Positions 10,336-21,087 of a stretch of DNA of 64,000 nt are shown piece by piece. Both the position numbers and the translations under genes were made by a program. The notes beneath the pieces are model-generated. The model did no database searches, had not been told where the DNA came from, and worked only from the letters and a program-made list of their open reading frames with translations. This DNA comes from an uncultured bacterium (GTDB lineage Bacteria > Margulisbacteria > WOR-1 > CAVSGV01). The stretch covers positions 1 to 64,000 of the forward strand of contig CAVYHE010000006.1 in the NCBI GenBank assembly GCA_963768305.1, in the 5' to 3' direction. Position 1 is the first letter of the stretch; every line of letters starts with the position of its first letter.

Positions 10336-11217
10336 TTAATTCCACTTATACCCGCAACCCAAGGAGAAATATGAGGAACCTGTCGATTCCTGCGCGGTGC
10401 CGGAATACCATTCAAGATCTATCGAAATCTCATCCTTGTCACCGTACGGGAATATCATTCCGTAAAGGACTCCGTAAGATACCGGGGTGATAGTCTCGCC
10501 GTTAACCTGAACGTTCGTATACGCATAAGAAAGACCAAGGCCGAGGTAATGTTTGCTTATCAATCCTCGGAGGTCCGGCATTTGCGCCCTCAGAGAAATG
10601 CTTACAGGCATAATGTACCAGTTAGCCTGGCGCGAAGAGAAATCCGCCCTGTCCACCTCGGCAACTAAACTGATGTTCCGGTTAAGCCCCCATGAATATC
10701 CACCTCCGAACCCAAGTGTGGAGCCAATGTAAATATCGGAATCATGCCAAGAATCGGACCAGGACGCATTGTAGAAATATGAATCAAAGAGCCCCACCTT
10801 GATGAACCAGCCGTTTTTATTTTCATTGAAAAATTTCGGAGTGACGAAAACCGCCGCCACCATTGATGGCGCATTCCCGGTCATCGCGGCTTGCTGAAGA
10901 GGAAGGACCAGCGTCTGGATCTCGCCTTCTTTCACGATCACGATATTCTCAAAGAACACCGCTTCGGGGGTGATGCCGGTATTGGAGGTAATAGAAACGT
11001 AATGGGATCCCGCCTGGACATTTTCCATCCTGACAGGGGTTATGCCCTGAAATACATTATCGACATAAACCCTTAGCGGAGAGGTCTTTGAAATTACCTG
11101 TAAAATTCCTGATCTGCCCGGGACAGCCTCGTCGGTGCATAATGCGGGGGCCGGGACCGCTATTAAAAATATGGAAAGTATAAAAATGCCTTTTGCCAGG
11201 GATCTTTTAATGTTCAT
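10336..11217 (-). CDS. Secreted PEGA-domain protein with C-terminal outer-membrane beta-barrel
   Basis: Signal peptide, VYVDNVFQGITP...AGSHYVSI (PEGA), alternating aromatic beta strands at the C-terminus. Confidence 0.7.
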   Translation of the reverse strand: MNIKRSLAKGIFILSIFLIAVPAPALCTDEAVPGRSGILQVISKTSPLRVYVDNVFQGITPVRMENVQAGSHYVSITSNTGITPEAVFFENIVIVKEGEIQTLVLPLQQAAMTGNAPSMVAAVFVTPKFFNENKNGWFIKVGLFDSYFYNASWSDSWHDSDIYIGSTLGFGGGYSWGLNRNISLVAEVDRADFSSRQANWYIMPVSISLRAQMPDLRGLISKHYLGLGLSYAYTNVQVNGETITPVSYGVLYGMIFPYGDKDEISIDLEWYSGTAQESTGSSYFSLGCGYKWN

Positions 11218-11546
11218 GCTGCTTTGCTCCTTCTTTTATCTATTAAAATAAATATACTCCTCTTTCCTTAATGTGCAATTACAATTTCATTAAAGTTTTA
11301 TCTCAGTTTTTAATTTTTCTTTATATTATTACCGCCTTTCTCATTGCCTGCCCGCCTATGGGGGACCTTATATAGCTATTGATCACGGCTCACTGCGGGT
11401 ATTTTTATCGGCAAGACTGAATAAATAAGGAATATATGAACGCCTTTTGGAGCTCCTCTTAAATATTTCTAATTTCCCATTAAATGAATTCTTAATGTTT
11501 ATGGTGTATCATATGCTTGATCAATTGAATAAAGGAGGTAATTGTC

Positions 11547-12074
11547 ATGAAGAAAAACATCTGGCTTTTGACCCTGCTCGTTCTGGTTATGTTGTCCTCG
11601 CAGGCGTTCGCGTGGGGATGGAGAAGGGCGCTGCCTCCCAGGCATAACGTGATAGTGCTCAGGGGTGCAAGATACCATTACTGGCACGGAACATTCTGGC
11701 GTCCGGGGCCTTATGGTTATTTCAAGGTCAGAGCGCCTATAGGCGCCGTCATAACTGTCCTTCCCGGAGGGTACAGGACAGTGATATACGCGGGCGTATC
11801 GTATTATGTCTATGACAATGTTTACTATTCTGACACGCCGTCCGGGTATGTTGTCGTGCCGCCGCCGGCTGAAAATATTGTTGTTCAGGAATCGACCGTT
11901 GCGCCATCGAGCTCTGTCCCCGGTGAGTCTATAATAGTAAATGTGCCGAACGAAAATGGCTCATTCACTGAGGTCAAGCTTGTAAAATACAAGAAAGGCT
12001 ACCTTGGGCCCCAGGGGGAGTTCTATCCCGGACATCCGACAGTTGATCAGTTAAGAGCGCTTTATGGGAAATAA
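11547..12074 (+). CDS. DUF6515-like secreted Tyr/Gly-rich protein
   Basis: AAGGAGG RBS, signal peptide, APIGAVITVLPGGY...YYVYDNVYY...YVVVPPP. Confidence 0.7.
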   Translation: MKKNIWLLTLLVLVMLSSQAFAWGWRRALPPRHNVIVLRGARYHYWHGTFWRPGPYGYFKVRAPIGAVITVLPGGYRTVIYAGVSYYVYDNVYYSDTPSGYVVVPPPAENIVVQESTVAPSSSVPGESIIVNVPNENGSFTEVKLVKYKKGYLGPQGEFYPGHPTVDQLRALYGK

Positions 12075-12128
12075 AGCTTCGCTGCCAATTTTTTACTGGG
12101 ATTTCATGAACATCGGGAGGAGGTTGTT

Positions 12129-12854
12129 ATGAAAGATCTTTTAAAACAAATTTGTGACAGGCATTCGGACAGGGTCGTGTTCGATGCCAGGCATACTGTC
12201 TCGAAAAAGGACCTGCGGCAAATTCTCGAGGCGGCACGCTGGGCGCCCACCGCTCACAACATGCAGAACTTCGAGATCGTAATCGTCGATGATAAAAAGG
12301 TACTTGAAGCATTGGCGAAAATAAAACGCCCGATGTCAGAAGCTTTTATCCGCGAGAATTATCCTTTGCTTTCCTTTTCAAAAGAGGAACTGATCAAGAG
12401 GAAAATCGGCATACTGGGCAACACCTTCCCGCCGTCCTGGAGAGATCCAGCAAAACTTGATGAAGCTGTTAAACAAAGAACAGCCGAGCCGCTGGGCGAC
12501 CAGATCGGCAAATGTCCGTTGCTGCTTATTGTTGTATATGACCCGGCCAGGCGCGCTCCGGCTTCGGAAGGCGATTTCCTGGGGCATATTAGCCTTGGCT
12601 GCATGACCGAGAACATGTGGATCATGGCCAATTCTCTGGGGCTTGCATTCCATATCGTGAGCACGCTAGGCACGGATCCGGTGGAAAAAGAAGTCAAGGA
12701 TATTTTAAAAATCCCCGAGAACCTCAAGATAGTTTACGGGATACGTCTTGGTTTCGCTGCGGAAAAAGCGAAAAAAACGCTTAGGGTTCGCCGGGACGTG
12801 GAGGATTTTACGCACCACAACAGATTTGACAGCAGGGGAATATTATCAGGATGA
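12129..12854 (+). CDS. Nitroreductase family protein
   Basis: RHSDR, ARWAPTAHNMQ, ENMWIMANSLGL motifs. Confidence 0.88.
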   Translation: MKDLLKQICDRHSDRVVFDARHTVSKKDLRQILEAARWAPTAHNMQNFEIVIVDDKKVLEALAKIKRPMSEAFIRENYPLLSFSKEELIKRKIGILGNTFPPSWRDPAKLDEAVKQRTAEPLGDQIGKCPLLLIVVYDPARRAPASEGDFLGHISLGCMTENMWIMANSLGLAFHIVSTLGTDPVEKEVKDILKIPENLKIVYGIRLGFAAEKAKKTLRVRRDVEDFTHHNRFDSRGILSG

Positions 12855-12858
12855 TAAT

Positions 12859-13614
12859 ATGAAATTGTCCGGCAATATGGTCCTTATAACAGGCGGTGCG
12901 ACGGGGATCGGCTATGCGATGGCAGAAGCGTTCCTTGAGGCTGGAAGCGAAGTTTTGATCTGCGGGCGCAGGGAAGCAAAGCTGATCGAGGCGCAGAAGA
13001 GGCATCCTGAATTTCACTTGAAAGTTTGCGATGTGGCGGAAGATAAGGACAGGAGGTCGCTTTTTGAATGGGCGACATCTAATTTTGGCGATCTGAACGC
13101 CCTTGTAAATAATGCCGGTATTCAGCGGGATATCGACTTGACGAAAGGGATTGATGAGATCACTTCCGGCCAAGATGAGATCAAGATAAATCTGGAAGCG
13201 CCAATTTATCTTTCCGCTTTATTCATCCCGTTCCTGGCTAAAAAGAAGGACGCGGCAATAATAAATGTTTCGTCCGGCCTTGGTTTTGTCCCGGCCGTCA
13301 AGATGCCGATATACAGCGCGACAAAAGCCGGCGTCCATGCTTATTGCATGACGCTGAGGCAGCAGGTGTTAAAGCTTGGCATCAAGGTTTACGAGGTGAT
13401 ACCGCCCACGGTGGACAGCGAACTGAACAAAGAAGGAAGGATGAAGCGGCACATGGCGGCGCCGGAGCTGAAGCCGAAGGAATTCGTGTCTGCCGTAATG
13501 AAGGGCCTTCAGCAGGATGATCCCGAGATCGGTTACGGCATGACAGCGGGCTTTAAAACCGCATCAAGGGCCGATCTTGACAAAAGTTTTCAGATGATGA
13601 ACAGCAGGATGTAG
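12859..13614 (+). CDS. Short-chain dehydrogenase/reductase (DltE-like)
   Basis: TGGATGIG, NNAG, YSATK motifs. Confidence 0.9.
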   Translation: MKLSGNMVLITGGATGIGYAMAEAFLEAGSEVLICGRREAKLIEAQKRHPEFHLKVCDVAEDKDRRSLFEWATSNFGDLNALVNNAGIQRDIDLTKGIDEITSGQDEIKINLEAPIYLSALFIPFLAKKKDAAIINVSSGLGFVPAVKMPIYSATKAGVHAYCMTLRQQVLKLGIKVYEVIPPTVDSELNKEGRMKRHMAAPELKPKEFVSAVMKGLQQDDPEIGYGMTAGFKTASRADLDKSFQMMNSRM

Positions 13615-13615
13615 A

Positions 13616-14431
13616 ATGATGAACGACCTATCAAGTGACATTATAACCGTTGATCATCTCACAAAACGATTCAAGGATCTGGTCGCCGTCAATTCGATAT
13701 CTTTCAGCGTCAAAAAAGGAGAGATATTCGCTTTCCTCGGCCCGAACGGGGCTGGCAAGACCACCACTATAAAGATGCTCATAACCTTGCTCGCGCCCAC
13801 AAGGGGAGAAGCGAGCATTGACGGGCATAACATTGTCCGCGATCCGGCAGAAGTGCGCAGGATAATCGGATACGTGCCTCAGCTTATATCCGTTGACGGC
13901 TCGCTCAGCGCGTATGAAAACCTGATGTTCATGGCCCAGCTCTATGACATTCCTTCCCATGAACGCCGCGGGCGCGTAGAGCAAACTCTCGCTTTCCTGC
14001 GGCTTGAAAAATCGGCAAATTCGATGGTCAGGGAATTTTCCGGGGGTATGATCAGGAAGCTGGAGGTGGGACAGGCGATGCTACATCACCCGCGCGTGCT
14101 TTTCCTGGATGAGCCCACCGTCGGGCTCGATCCGGTCGCGAAACAGAACATATGGGAACATCTTATGGAGCTACGCGACAAATTTGGAACAACGATATTC
14201 TTTTCAACGCACAACATGGAAGAAGCCGAACAGGTCAGCGACAGAGTGGCTATCATGAACACCGGAAATATAGCGGTCATCGGGACCGTGGACGAATTGA
14301 AAATGAAGACCGGCAAAAAAGATACCTCGCTTGAAGATGCATTCATATTTTTGACGGGCAATTCACTGAGCGACACGACCAGTTTTCGCGAGATACGCAG
14401 GTCAAGGCGGAACCAGCAAAGATTAGGATAG
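13616..14431 (+). CDS. ABC transporter ATP-binding protein (DrrA-like)
   Basis: GPNGAGKT, FSGGM, LFLDEPT. Confidence 0.9.
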   Translation: MMNDLSSDIITVDHLTKRFKDLVAVNSISFSVKKGEIFAFLGPNGAGKTTTIKMLITLLAPTRGEASIDGHNIVRDPAEVRRIIGYVPQLISVDGSLSAYENLMFMAQLYDIPSHERRGRVEQTLAFLRLEKSANSMVREFSGGMIRKLEVGQAMLHHPRVLFLDEPTVGLDPVAKQNIWEHLMELRDKFGTTIFFSTHNMEEAEQVSDRVAIMNTGNIAVIGTVDELKMKTGKKDTSLEDAFIFLTGNSLSDTTSFREIRRSRRNQQRLG

Positions 14432-14435
14432 AAAT

Positions 14436-15212
14436 ATGCTGAGATATATTTTACAGGTATTCGCAAAATCGTACGTAATAGTTGAAATGGAAGTGCGAAA
14501 GCTCCTCCACGATCCCACCGAGCTCATAACGCGCGCCGTTCAGCCGATACTCTGGCTCGGCATCTTTGGAGAAGCGATGAGCAAGGTGAGGGCGATCCCG
14601 ACAGAGGGATTCACCTACCTGCAATTCATAACTCCCGGCATACTGACCCAATCGGTAACGTTTGTCGCGATATTCTACGGTTTAGCGATCATCTGGGAGC
14701 GCGACATGGGGCTGCTCCAGAAAATGCTTGTTACTCCCACCCCGCGCCTCGCGCTTGTATTGGGAAAGATGATGTCGGCAGGCATTCGAGGATTAAGCCA
14801 GATGGTGATAGTTTTTCTTTTTGCCGTGCTCCTGCAGGTTCATCTTAATTTAACGCTTCTTCCTATCATTGGGGTGGTCATCATTACAATGCTGGGCGCC
14901 GGTTTTTTCACGGGTCTCTCGATGATCATCGCGTCGATAGTTAAAACAAGGGAACGGTTCATGGGGATAGGGCAGGTAATAACCCTTCCGTTGTTCTTTG
15001 CCTCGAATGCGATATATCCGATAAGCATCATGCCGGGATGGCTTCAGGTCTTTGCATATGCGAATCCCTTAAGTTATATGGTGGACGGACTTCGCGCTCT
15101 GCTTGTTACAGGGAACATGTCTCAGCTTCCTCTGGACATAAGTGTTCTATTCATCACGACGCTTGTAATATCCATCATCAGCGCATACATGTACCCGAAG
15201 GTCGTTATATAA
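14436..15212 (+). CDS. ABC-2 type permease (DrrB-like)
   Basis: About 6 TM segments, YLQFITPG, NPLSYMVDGLR. Confidence 0.9.
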   Translation: MLRYILQVFAKSYVIVEMEVRKLLHDPTELITRAVQPILWLGIFGEAMSKVRAIPTEGFTYLQFITPGILTQSVTFVAIFYGLAIIWERDMGLLQKMLVTPTPRLALVLGKMMSAGIRGLSQMVIVFLFAVLLQVHLNLTLLPIIGVVIITMLGAGFFTGLSMIIASIVKTRERFMGIGQVITLPLFFASNAIYPISIMPGWLQVFAYANPLSYMVDGLRALLVTGNMSQLPLDISVLFITTLVISIISAYMYPKVVI

Positions 15213-15385
15213 TCAAGATCACTTGCCGCAAAGATGATAAGCCCTTTTTTAGACAGTCGTCTTTCCTTGCCTTCTTTTTTGGTGTTTTTCTAATCAGAAT
15301 TTAATTGCTTTTTGACTTGATATTTGGTAGCATACTCCTGTTCAATAATCGGCGTATTTTAAAATGCCAAAAAAGGAGGGGGAAA

Positions 15386-15754
15386 ATGAAAAAGATCATA
15401 GCGGTCATTGTTTCTGTTTTCTCTGTGTCCATGTTCGTTTCCGGCGCACTATCTGATACGGCCAATGATCAGGCCAATAGCCAGCAAAGAACTGAAATTC
15501 AGCAGCAGATGGCTCAGCAGAGGAATGAGGCAAAAGCTTTCCATGAGAGCCTGAAAAAAATGTCCCCAAAGGAAAGAAAAGCTGCCGTTACTGCGTTCAG
15601 CGCGAAACAATCAGCAGAGCGCAAGGCCCTCAGGGATAAAATGCATTCGGAGACGCAATCACGCATCCAGCAAGTGCAGCCGCAAGGTAAACCGTCACAC
15701 AAGGGACATACGACGGTGCCGCCTGTGACACCGACGGTTCCAACGAATCAATAA
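15386..15754 (+). CDS. Secreted helical hypothetical protein
   Basis: GGAGGGG RBS, MKK signal peptide, Gln/Lys-rich helices. Confidence 0.65.
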   Translation: MKKIIAVIVSVFSVSMFVSGALSDTANDQANSQQRTEIQQQMAQQRNEAKAFHESLKKMSPKERKAAVTAFSAKQSAERKALRDKMHSETQSRIQQVQPQGKPSHKGHTTVPPVTPTVPTNQ

Positions 15755-15833
15755 GCCGGAAGATCCGTCCTGACCATATTTGATCGGAGGGGAAATGAAA
15801 ATTTCCCGCCAGGTGCAGACAAAATAGCCGAAC

Positions 15834-17651
15834 TTAATTTCTCTCCGGGGCTTTTTCCCTGTTCCTGGACCTTTCGTTCTCCGTGAGGAATTTTTTCCTG
15901 AGGCGGATATTCTTCGGGGTTATTTCCACCAATTCGTCGTTATTTATGAATTCCAGCGCCTGCTCTAGCGACAGGATCACCGGCGGGGTGAGTTTTATCG
16001 CGATGTCCGCGCTGGCAGCCCGGATGTTCGTCTGCCTTTTCTCTTTCGTCGGATTCACGGGCATGTCCTGCTGCCTGGAATTCTCGCCCACTATCATTCC
16101 TTCGTAAACCTGAACGCCGGGCCCGATAAAAAGCCGGCCTCTTTCCTGAATATGCGCCAGCCCGTACGAAGCGCTCCTTCCGTTATTCGAGGAAACCAGA
16201 GAGCCGTTCTGGCGCTTGGAGAGTTCGCCTTTATATCTTTCATATTTTGAAAAAGAATGCGTGAGGATGCCTTCACCCTTCGTGTCCATTATGAATTCGC
16301 TGCGGAACCCCAGCAGCCCGCGCGTCGGGACGGCATAGACCATTGTCGTTGTACCGTTCTTTGAGGACATCTCCTGCATTTCGCCGCGCCTGCGCCCCAG
16401 CTTTTCTATCACGACCCCGGCGAATTCCTCCGGCACCTGTATCACGGCCTGCTCCACCGGCTCCATCTTTTCATTATGTACGGTCTTGAATATCACTTTC
16501 GGCCGGGAAACCTGGATCTCATAACCTTCTCTTCTCATCTGTTCAAGTAGGATGGACAGATGGAGCGCTCCTCTGCCGGAAACCTTGAACCCTTTTCCCG
16601 CCGGGAGCGGCTCTAACTTAAGGCCGACATTCGTTTCCAGCTCTTTCGTAAGGCGCTCCTTCAGGTGCCTTGTGGTAACGTATTTTCCTTCGCGCCCCGC
16701 GAAAGGGGAATCATTGACAATGAATTCCATGATCAACGTAGGCTCATCTATCTCGAGCAGCGCCATAGGCCTGGGGTTTTCCGGAGAAGAAATGGTTTCT
16801 CCAATAGTTATGTTCTCTATCCCCGCGACAGCCGCAATGTCTCCGCATTGCGCTTCATCAACTTCTACTTTTTTCAATCCTTCATAGATCGAAAGTTTGG
16901 TGATGGTCGCAGTATCAATAGCGCCGCTTCTTCTGCACACGGCAACCTTTTGTCTTTTGTCCAGTTTGCCGCTGGTAACGCGGCCTATCGCGATGCGGCC
17001 CACATAATCGTCATAAGCGAGGTTCGTCACCTGCATCTGAAGCACTTCATTGCTCCTGTCGGGATAAGGAGGCACGTGTTTGATGATGGTATCGAACAGC
17101 GGGGAAAGGTCCTTTGACGTACCGTTGATCTCATAATTCGCTATGCCGAGCTTTGAGATAGTGTAAACCACCGGAAAATCCAGCTGCTGGTCGTTCGCGT
17201 CCAGCTTTACGAAAAGATCGAATATCATATCCACTACTTTGTGCGCCCTCGCCCCCGGCTTGTCCATTTTATTGATAACAACTATCGGTTTTATGCCCAG
17301 CTTCAGGGATTTTGAAAGCACGAATTTCGTCTGCGGCATGGGGCCTTCCTTCGCGTCCACCAGAAGAAGCACGCTGTCCGCCATTTTCAGGACGCGCTCC
17401 ACCTCGCTGCCAAAATCCGCGTGGCCGGGAGTATCCACAATATTGATCTTGAAATCCTTGTAATGGATGGAGCAGTTCTTTGAAAATATCGTAATGCCGC
17501 GCTCCTTTTCCAATTCATTGGAATCCATGACCAGCTCGCCTATAGTATCCCTTTCGCTGAAGGCGCCGCCCTGGCGGAGAAGATGATCGGTCAGCGTTGT
17601 CTTGCCGTGGTCCACGTGCGCGATTATCGCTATGTTTATGATTTTTTGCAT
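15834..17651 (-). CDS. typA: Translational GTPase TypA/BipA
   Basis: AHVDHGKTT, DTPGHADFG, NKMD and C-terminal ELVEITPKNIRLRKK. Confidence 0.97.
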   Translation of the reverse strand: MQKIINIAIIAHVDHGKTTLTDHLLRQGGAFSERDTIGELVMDSNELEKERGITIFSKNCSIHYKDFKINIVDTPGHADFGSEVERVLKMADSVLLLVDAKEGPMPQTKFVLSKSLKLGIKPIVVINKMDKPGARAHKVVDMIFDLFVKLDANDQQLDFPVVYTISKLGIANYEINGTSKDLSPLFDTIIKHVPPYPDRSNEVLQMQVTNLAYDDYVGRIAIGRVTSGKLDKRQKVAVCRRSGAIDTATITKLSIYEGLKKVEVDEAQCGDIAAVAGIENITIGETISSPENPRPMALLEIDEPTLIMEFIVNDSPFAGREGKYVTTRHLKERLTKELETNVGLKLEPLPAGKGFKVSGRGALHLSILLEQMRREGYEIQVSRPKVIFKTVHNEKMEPVEQAVIQVPEEFAGVVIEKLGRRRGEMQEMSSKNGTTTMVYAVPTRGLLGFRSEFIMDTKGEGILTHSFSKYERYKGELSKRQNGSLVSSNNGRSASYGLAHIQERGRLFIGPGVQVYEGMIVGENSRQQDMPVNPTKEKRQTNIRAASADIAIKLTPPVILSLEQALEFINNDELVEITPKNIRLRKKFLTENERSRNREKAPERN

Positions 17652-17657
17652 AAAACT

Positions 17658-17674
17658 ATTATATCAGATATAAT
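17658..17674. promoter_or_regulatory. Palindromic back-to-back -10 elements (bidirectional promoter)
   Basis: ATTATATC-A-GATATAAT places TATAAT on each strand, 6-7 nt before the divergent ATGs at 17651 and 17682. Confidence 0.6.
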
Positions 17675-17681
17675 TCACCCC

Positions 17682-18599
17682 ATGCGAACATTCGTTACCG
17701 CGAAAGAGCTCACTAAAAAATTCAAGGACCTTACCGCCGTTGACGGCATCTCCTTTGATATCTACGAAGGCGAATGTTTCGGGATACTCGGCCCCAACGG
17801 CGCGGGAAAGACCAGCACCGTAAGGATGATAAACTGCGTTTCTCCCGTCACGAGCGGGGAGCTGAAGGTCGGTGGGGTACAGGTAAGCGTCAATAACCGC
17901 GCCATCAGGAAAATGACCGGAGTGATGCCACAGGAAGTGAACCTTGATACCGACCTCACTATTTACGAGAACCTCATCATCTTTTCGCAATTCTTTGATA
18001 TCCCGAAGAAGATCGGCAAAAAAAGGATCGCGGAGCTCCTTAAATTCGTGGAGCTTGAGTCTAAAGCGAATAACCGGATAGACGAGCTCTCCACCGGGAT
18101 GAAAAGGCGGCTTCTCATTGCGAGGGCGCTGATAAACGAACCGAAACTTATAATAGCTGACGAGCCCACCACAGGGCTGGACCCGCAGGCAAGGCACTTG
18201 ATATGGCAGCGGCTGCGGCAATTGAAAAAACAGGGCGTTACCCTGATATTAACGACACAATACATGGAGGAAGCGGAGCAGCTTTGCGACAGGATAGTGA
18301 TAATGCATCAGGGGAAAATATTGAAGGCGGGAAAACCAAAAGAACTCATCGAACAGGAGATCGGCAGAGAAGTTATTGAAATACGCATCCCGAAAGAAGA
18401 GGATGAAAATCTGGTCAAACTTCTTTCCGGCTTAAGCCGCGGGTATGAAAGAGTGGGGGATACGCTTTATTTCTACTGCAAAGACGGCCGCGAGCTGATG
18501 AAAAAGATCGTCGAGATGGACCTGAAAAATTATTTCAACAGGCCGGCGTCGCTGGAAGATGTTTTCCTCAAGCTTACCGGAAGGAGCCTGCTGGAATGA
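17682..18599 (+). CDS. ABC transporter ATP-binding protein (NodI-like)
   Basis: GPNGAGKT, LSTGMKRR, DEPTTGLDPQARHLIW. Confidence 0.9.
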   Translation: MRTFVTAKELTKKFKDLTAVDGISFDIYEGECFGILGPNGAGKTSTVRMINCVSPVTSGELKVGGVQVSVNNRAIRKMTGVMPQEVNLDTDLTIYENLIIFSQFFDIPKKIGKKRIAELLKFVELESKANNRIDELSTGMKRRLLIARALINEPKLIIADEPTTGLDPQARHLIWQRLRQLKKQGVTLILTTQYMEEAEQLCDRIVIMHQGKILKAGKPKELIEQEIGREVIEIRIPKEEDENLVKLLSGLSRGYERVGDTLYFYCKDGRELMKKIVEMDLKNYFNRPASLEDVFLKLTGRSLLE

Positions 18600-19363
18600 A
18601 CCTCTCTTACCGCGCGTATTATGTCTGGAAGAGAAATCTAATGTCATACAAGAGGTTCGTTATCCCGACTTTTCTTGTAAGCCTTGGCGAGCCGCTATTC
18701 TACCTTATAACTTTCGGCATCGGGCTGGGAGCGTATATAGGCGTTATCGGCAACAAGTCGTACCTTGAATTCCTTGTTCCCGGCGTAATGGCGTCAACTG
18801 TGATGATGGCGTCCACGTTCGAATGCCTTTACGGGACCTTTGTGAGGATGATCCACGAAAAGATATATGACGCGCTCATTTCTTCGCCGGTTTCCGCGGA
18901 GGATATTGTTGCCGGAGATATCGCGTGGGGCATCACCAGGGGGATAATAAACGGTTCGCTGCTTGTGGCGGTGGGGGCGATTCTCGGGGTGGTTCATCTT
19001 TCACTTTTCGGCATAGTGCTGATGGTGCTTTTGATGATCGCGATAGGTTTTATTTTCTCGTCGCTCGCGATGATAGTGACCGCTTTCGCGCCGAATTTCG
19101 ATTTCTTCAATTATTATTCAGAGCTTTTCATCACGCCCATGCTGTTCTTCTCCGGCATATTCTTCCCTCTTGATAAATTCCCGGCATGGATCAGGATCCT
19201 GGCGGATTTTCTTCCCCTGACGCACGGTGTTGAACTATCAAGAGCGGTCTTCAGCGGATCATACAGCGCCGGACTTCTTATCAACTTATTAATTATGGTT
19301 TGTTTTGGCGCAGCCGGGTTCTTCCTCGCGCTTGTTTTCATGAAGAGACGGCTTATAAAATAA
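18596..19363 (+). CDS. ABC-2 permease (NodJ-like)
   Basis: LGEPLFYL..FGIGLG, FECLYGTF, FSGIFFP. Confidence 0.88.
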   Translation: MNLSYRAYYVWKRNLMSYKRFVIPTFLVSLGEPLFYLITFGIGLGAYIGVIGNKSYLEFLVPGVMASTVMMASTFECLYGTFVRMIHEKIYDALISSPVSAEDIVAGDIAWGITRGIINGSLLVAVGAILGVVHLSLFGIVLMVLLMIAIGFIFSSLAMIVTAFAPNFDFFNYYSELFITPMLFFSGIFFPLDKFPAWIRILADFLPLTHGVELSRAVFSGSYSAGLLINLLIMVCFGAAGFFLALVFMKRRLIK

Positions 19364-19367
19364 TACA

Positions 19368-19706
19368 ATGATAAACAATTACGATTTCGGCGAAATAGAC
19401 ATAGACGGGAAAACCTATCATCACGATGTGATCATTTACAGGGACAGAGTGGATGACAACTGGAGAAGGGTCGAGGGCCATTTGCTTTCCCTTGGCGATG
19501 TTCTTCAGATAATGGATAAGAAACCGGATGTCCTGATAATCGGCAACGGAGCGGACGGGGTAATGAGGGTGCCGGAGGACGTCATTAAAGCTATCGAAGC
19601 TAAAGGGATCAACGTTATCGTTAAAAGGACTGCTGATGCCTGCAATGAATACAATCTTCTCTCTCAAACGCAGAATGTGGTTGCCGCACTCCATTTGACT
19701 TGCTGA
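19368..19706 (+). CDS. Mth938-like domain protein
   Basis: YDFGEIDIDG, IIGNG, T..AC..YN, AALHLTC. Confidence 0.88.
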   Translation: MINNYDFGEIDIDGKTYHHDVIIYRDRVDDNWRRVEGHLLSLGDVLQIMDKKPDVLIIGNGADGVMRVPEDVIKAIEAKGINVIVKRTADACNEYNLLSQTQNVVAALHLTC

Positions 19707-19753
19707 TAGCTATTTACCTCATTTTATAGTATAATTGACTCTGAGGTCTTTTA

Positions 19754-20176
19754 ATGAACGATTTCGAGATCCGAAAAGCGAGAAAGCAGGATAAAGCCCC
19801 CATCCTTAAGCTCATCAAGGAAAGCGACATTTTTGCCCCTAGGCTTAGATATGAGGATTTCTTTGTCGCGTACAGGGGCGTGAACCTTGTCGGCGTCGCG
19901 CGTGTAAAGACCTACAAAAAGGTCAGGATAAGCGAATTGACCAATGTTGGCGTAAAAGACGGCTGGAGAAAATGCGGGATAGGCAGCATGATCGTCTCCA
20001 GGATATTTGACAAATTAAAATATGACACTTATGTAATGACCATTGAGCCGGGTTTTTATGAGAAACTCGGATTTATGAAAGTTCAAGAAATTCCCGCGGC
20101 CCTTAAAAAAAACAGGGCCTGGTGCAAAGGATGCGACAAGAAGAATTGCACGACCATGGTAAAAAAGATTAAATGA
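19754..20176 (+). CDS. GNAT N-acetyltransferase
   Basis: V...WRKCGIGS and FYEKLGF motifs. Confidence 0.8.
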   Translation: MNDFEIRKARKQDKAPILKLIKESDIFAPRLRYEDFFVAYRGVNLVGVARVKTYKKVRISELTNVGVKDGWRKCGIGSMIVSRIFDKLKYDTYVMTIEPGFYEKLGFMKVQEIPAALKKNRAWCKGCDKKNCTTMVKKIK

Positions 20177-21055
20177 CATCTCCCGTCCCCGCTTTTCCCG
20201 AAATTCAGGAAGATCGAGTTATCTGACAAGGGCTTGTTCCGCGGATATTTTTCCAAAAACCCCGAAAAACCTTCGGAAACAACATTCACCAATTTTTTCA
20301 TCTGGAGGGACTGCGACAATACCGGGCTTACTTCAATTAACGGGAATCTCTGCGTCATGGCGAAACCGGAGAATGAAGACCCGTATTTTTTCGAGCCGTT
20401 GGGCGACAATAATATCGAAGGAACATTAAGGATCTGTTCAGCCCGCATTCCCAGGTTCAGCAGGATCTCGGAAAAATTCATGAAGGAGCATTTCGAGGGC
20501 AAGCCGGGCTTTAAGATCGTATCAGTAAGGGATAATTCCGATTATGTTTACAGAACGGAAGACCTTATTGCTTTGAAAGGGAAAAAATACGACGGGAAGC
20601 GAAATAAGATAAAGCGGTTCCTGAAAAATAATATACCGATCTACCAGGAATTAACGGATGACCTTGTACCTGACTGCCTGAAGCTGCTGGCCAAATGGAG
20701 CAAGAATAAAATTCCGGCAATATGTTTGGACGAACCCATCAAGGAAGCATTGAATAACTTTTCGGCGTTGGACGTTGAAGGCGCCGCAATAAAGATAAAC
20801 GGAAAAGTTGAAGCATTCACCATCGGCGAGGCCTTGAACGATGATACAGCGATCATATATATCGAGGTTGCGAACTCCGATATCGACGGCCTTGCGCAGT
20901 ACATAAACCAGCAGTTCTGCAGGAATGCGTGGTCACGCTGTACATATATTAACAGGGAGCAGGATATGGGGGACGCGGGATTGAGAAGGGCGAAGTTGTC
21001 GTATCATCCGGTTAAACTGATAAATAAATTCGATATTACTTTGGACTTACCTTAA
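20173..21055 (+). CDS. DUF2156 (phosphatidylglycerol lysyltransferase-like domain) protein, probable 5' frameshift
   Basis: DYVY....L..LKGKKYDGKRN and INREQDMGDAGLRRAKLSYHP. ATG 20173 joins the ORF if one A near 20201 is removed. Confidence 0.8.
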
Positions 21056-21087
21056 GTTATAATGGTGTATAAGGAGCGCATATAACT

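Noticed and set aside
19754..21055. TGA read-through (selenocysteine) fusing the GNAT and DUF2156 genes
   Set aside because: The TGA is in frame, but an ATGA overlap plus one extra A gives a normal start (MTSPVPAFPEFRKIEL). No SECIS-like evidence.
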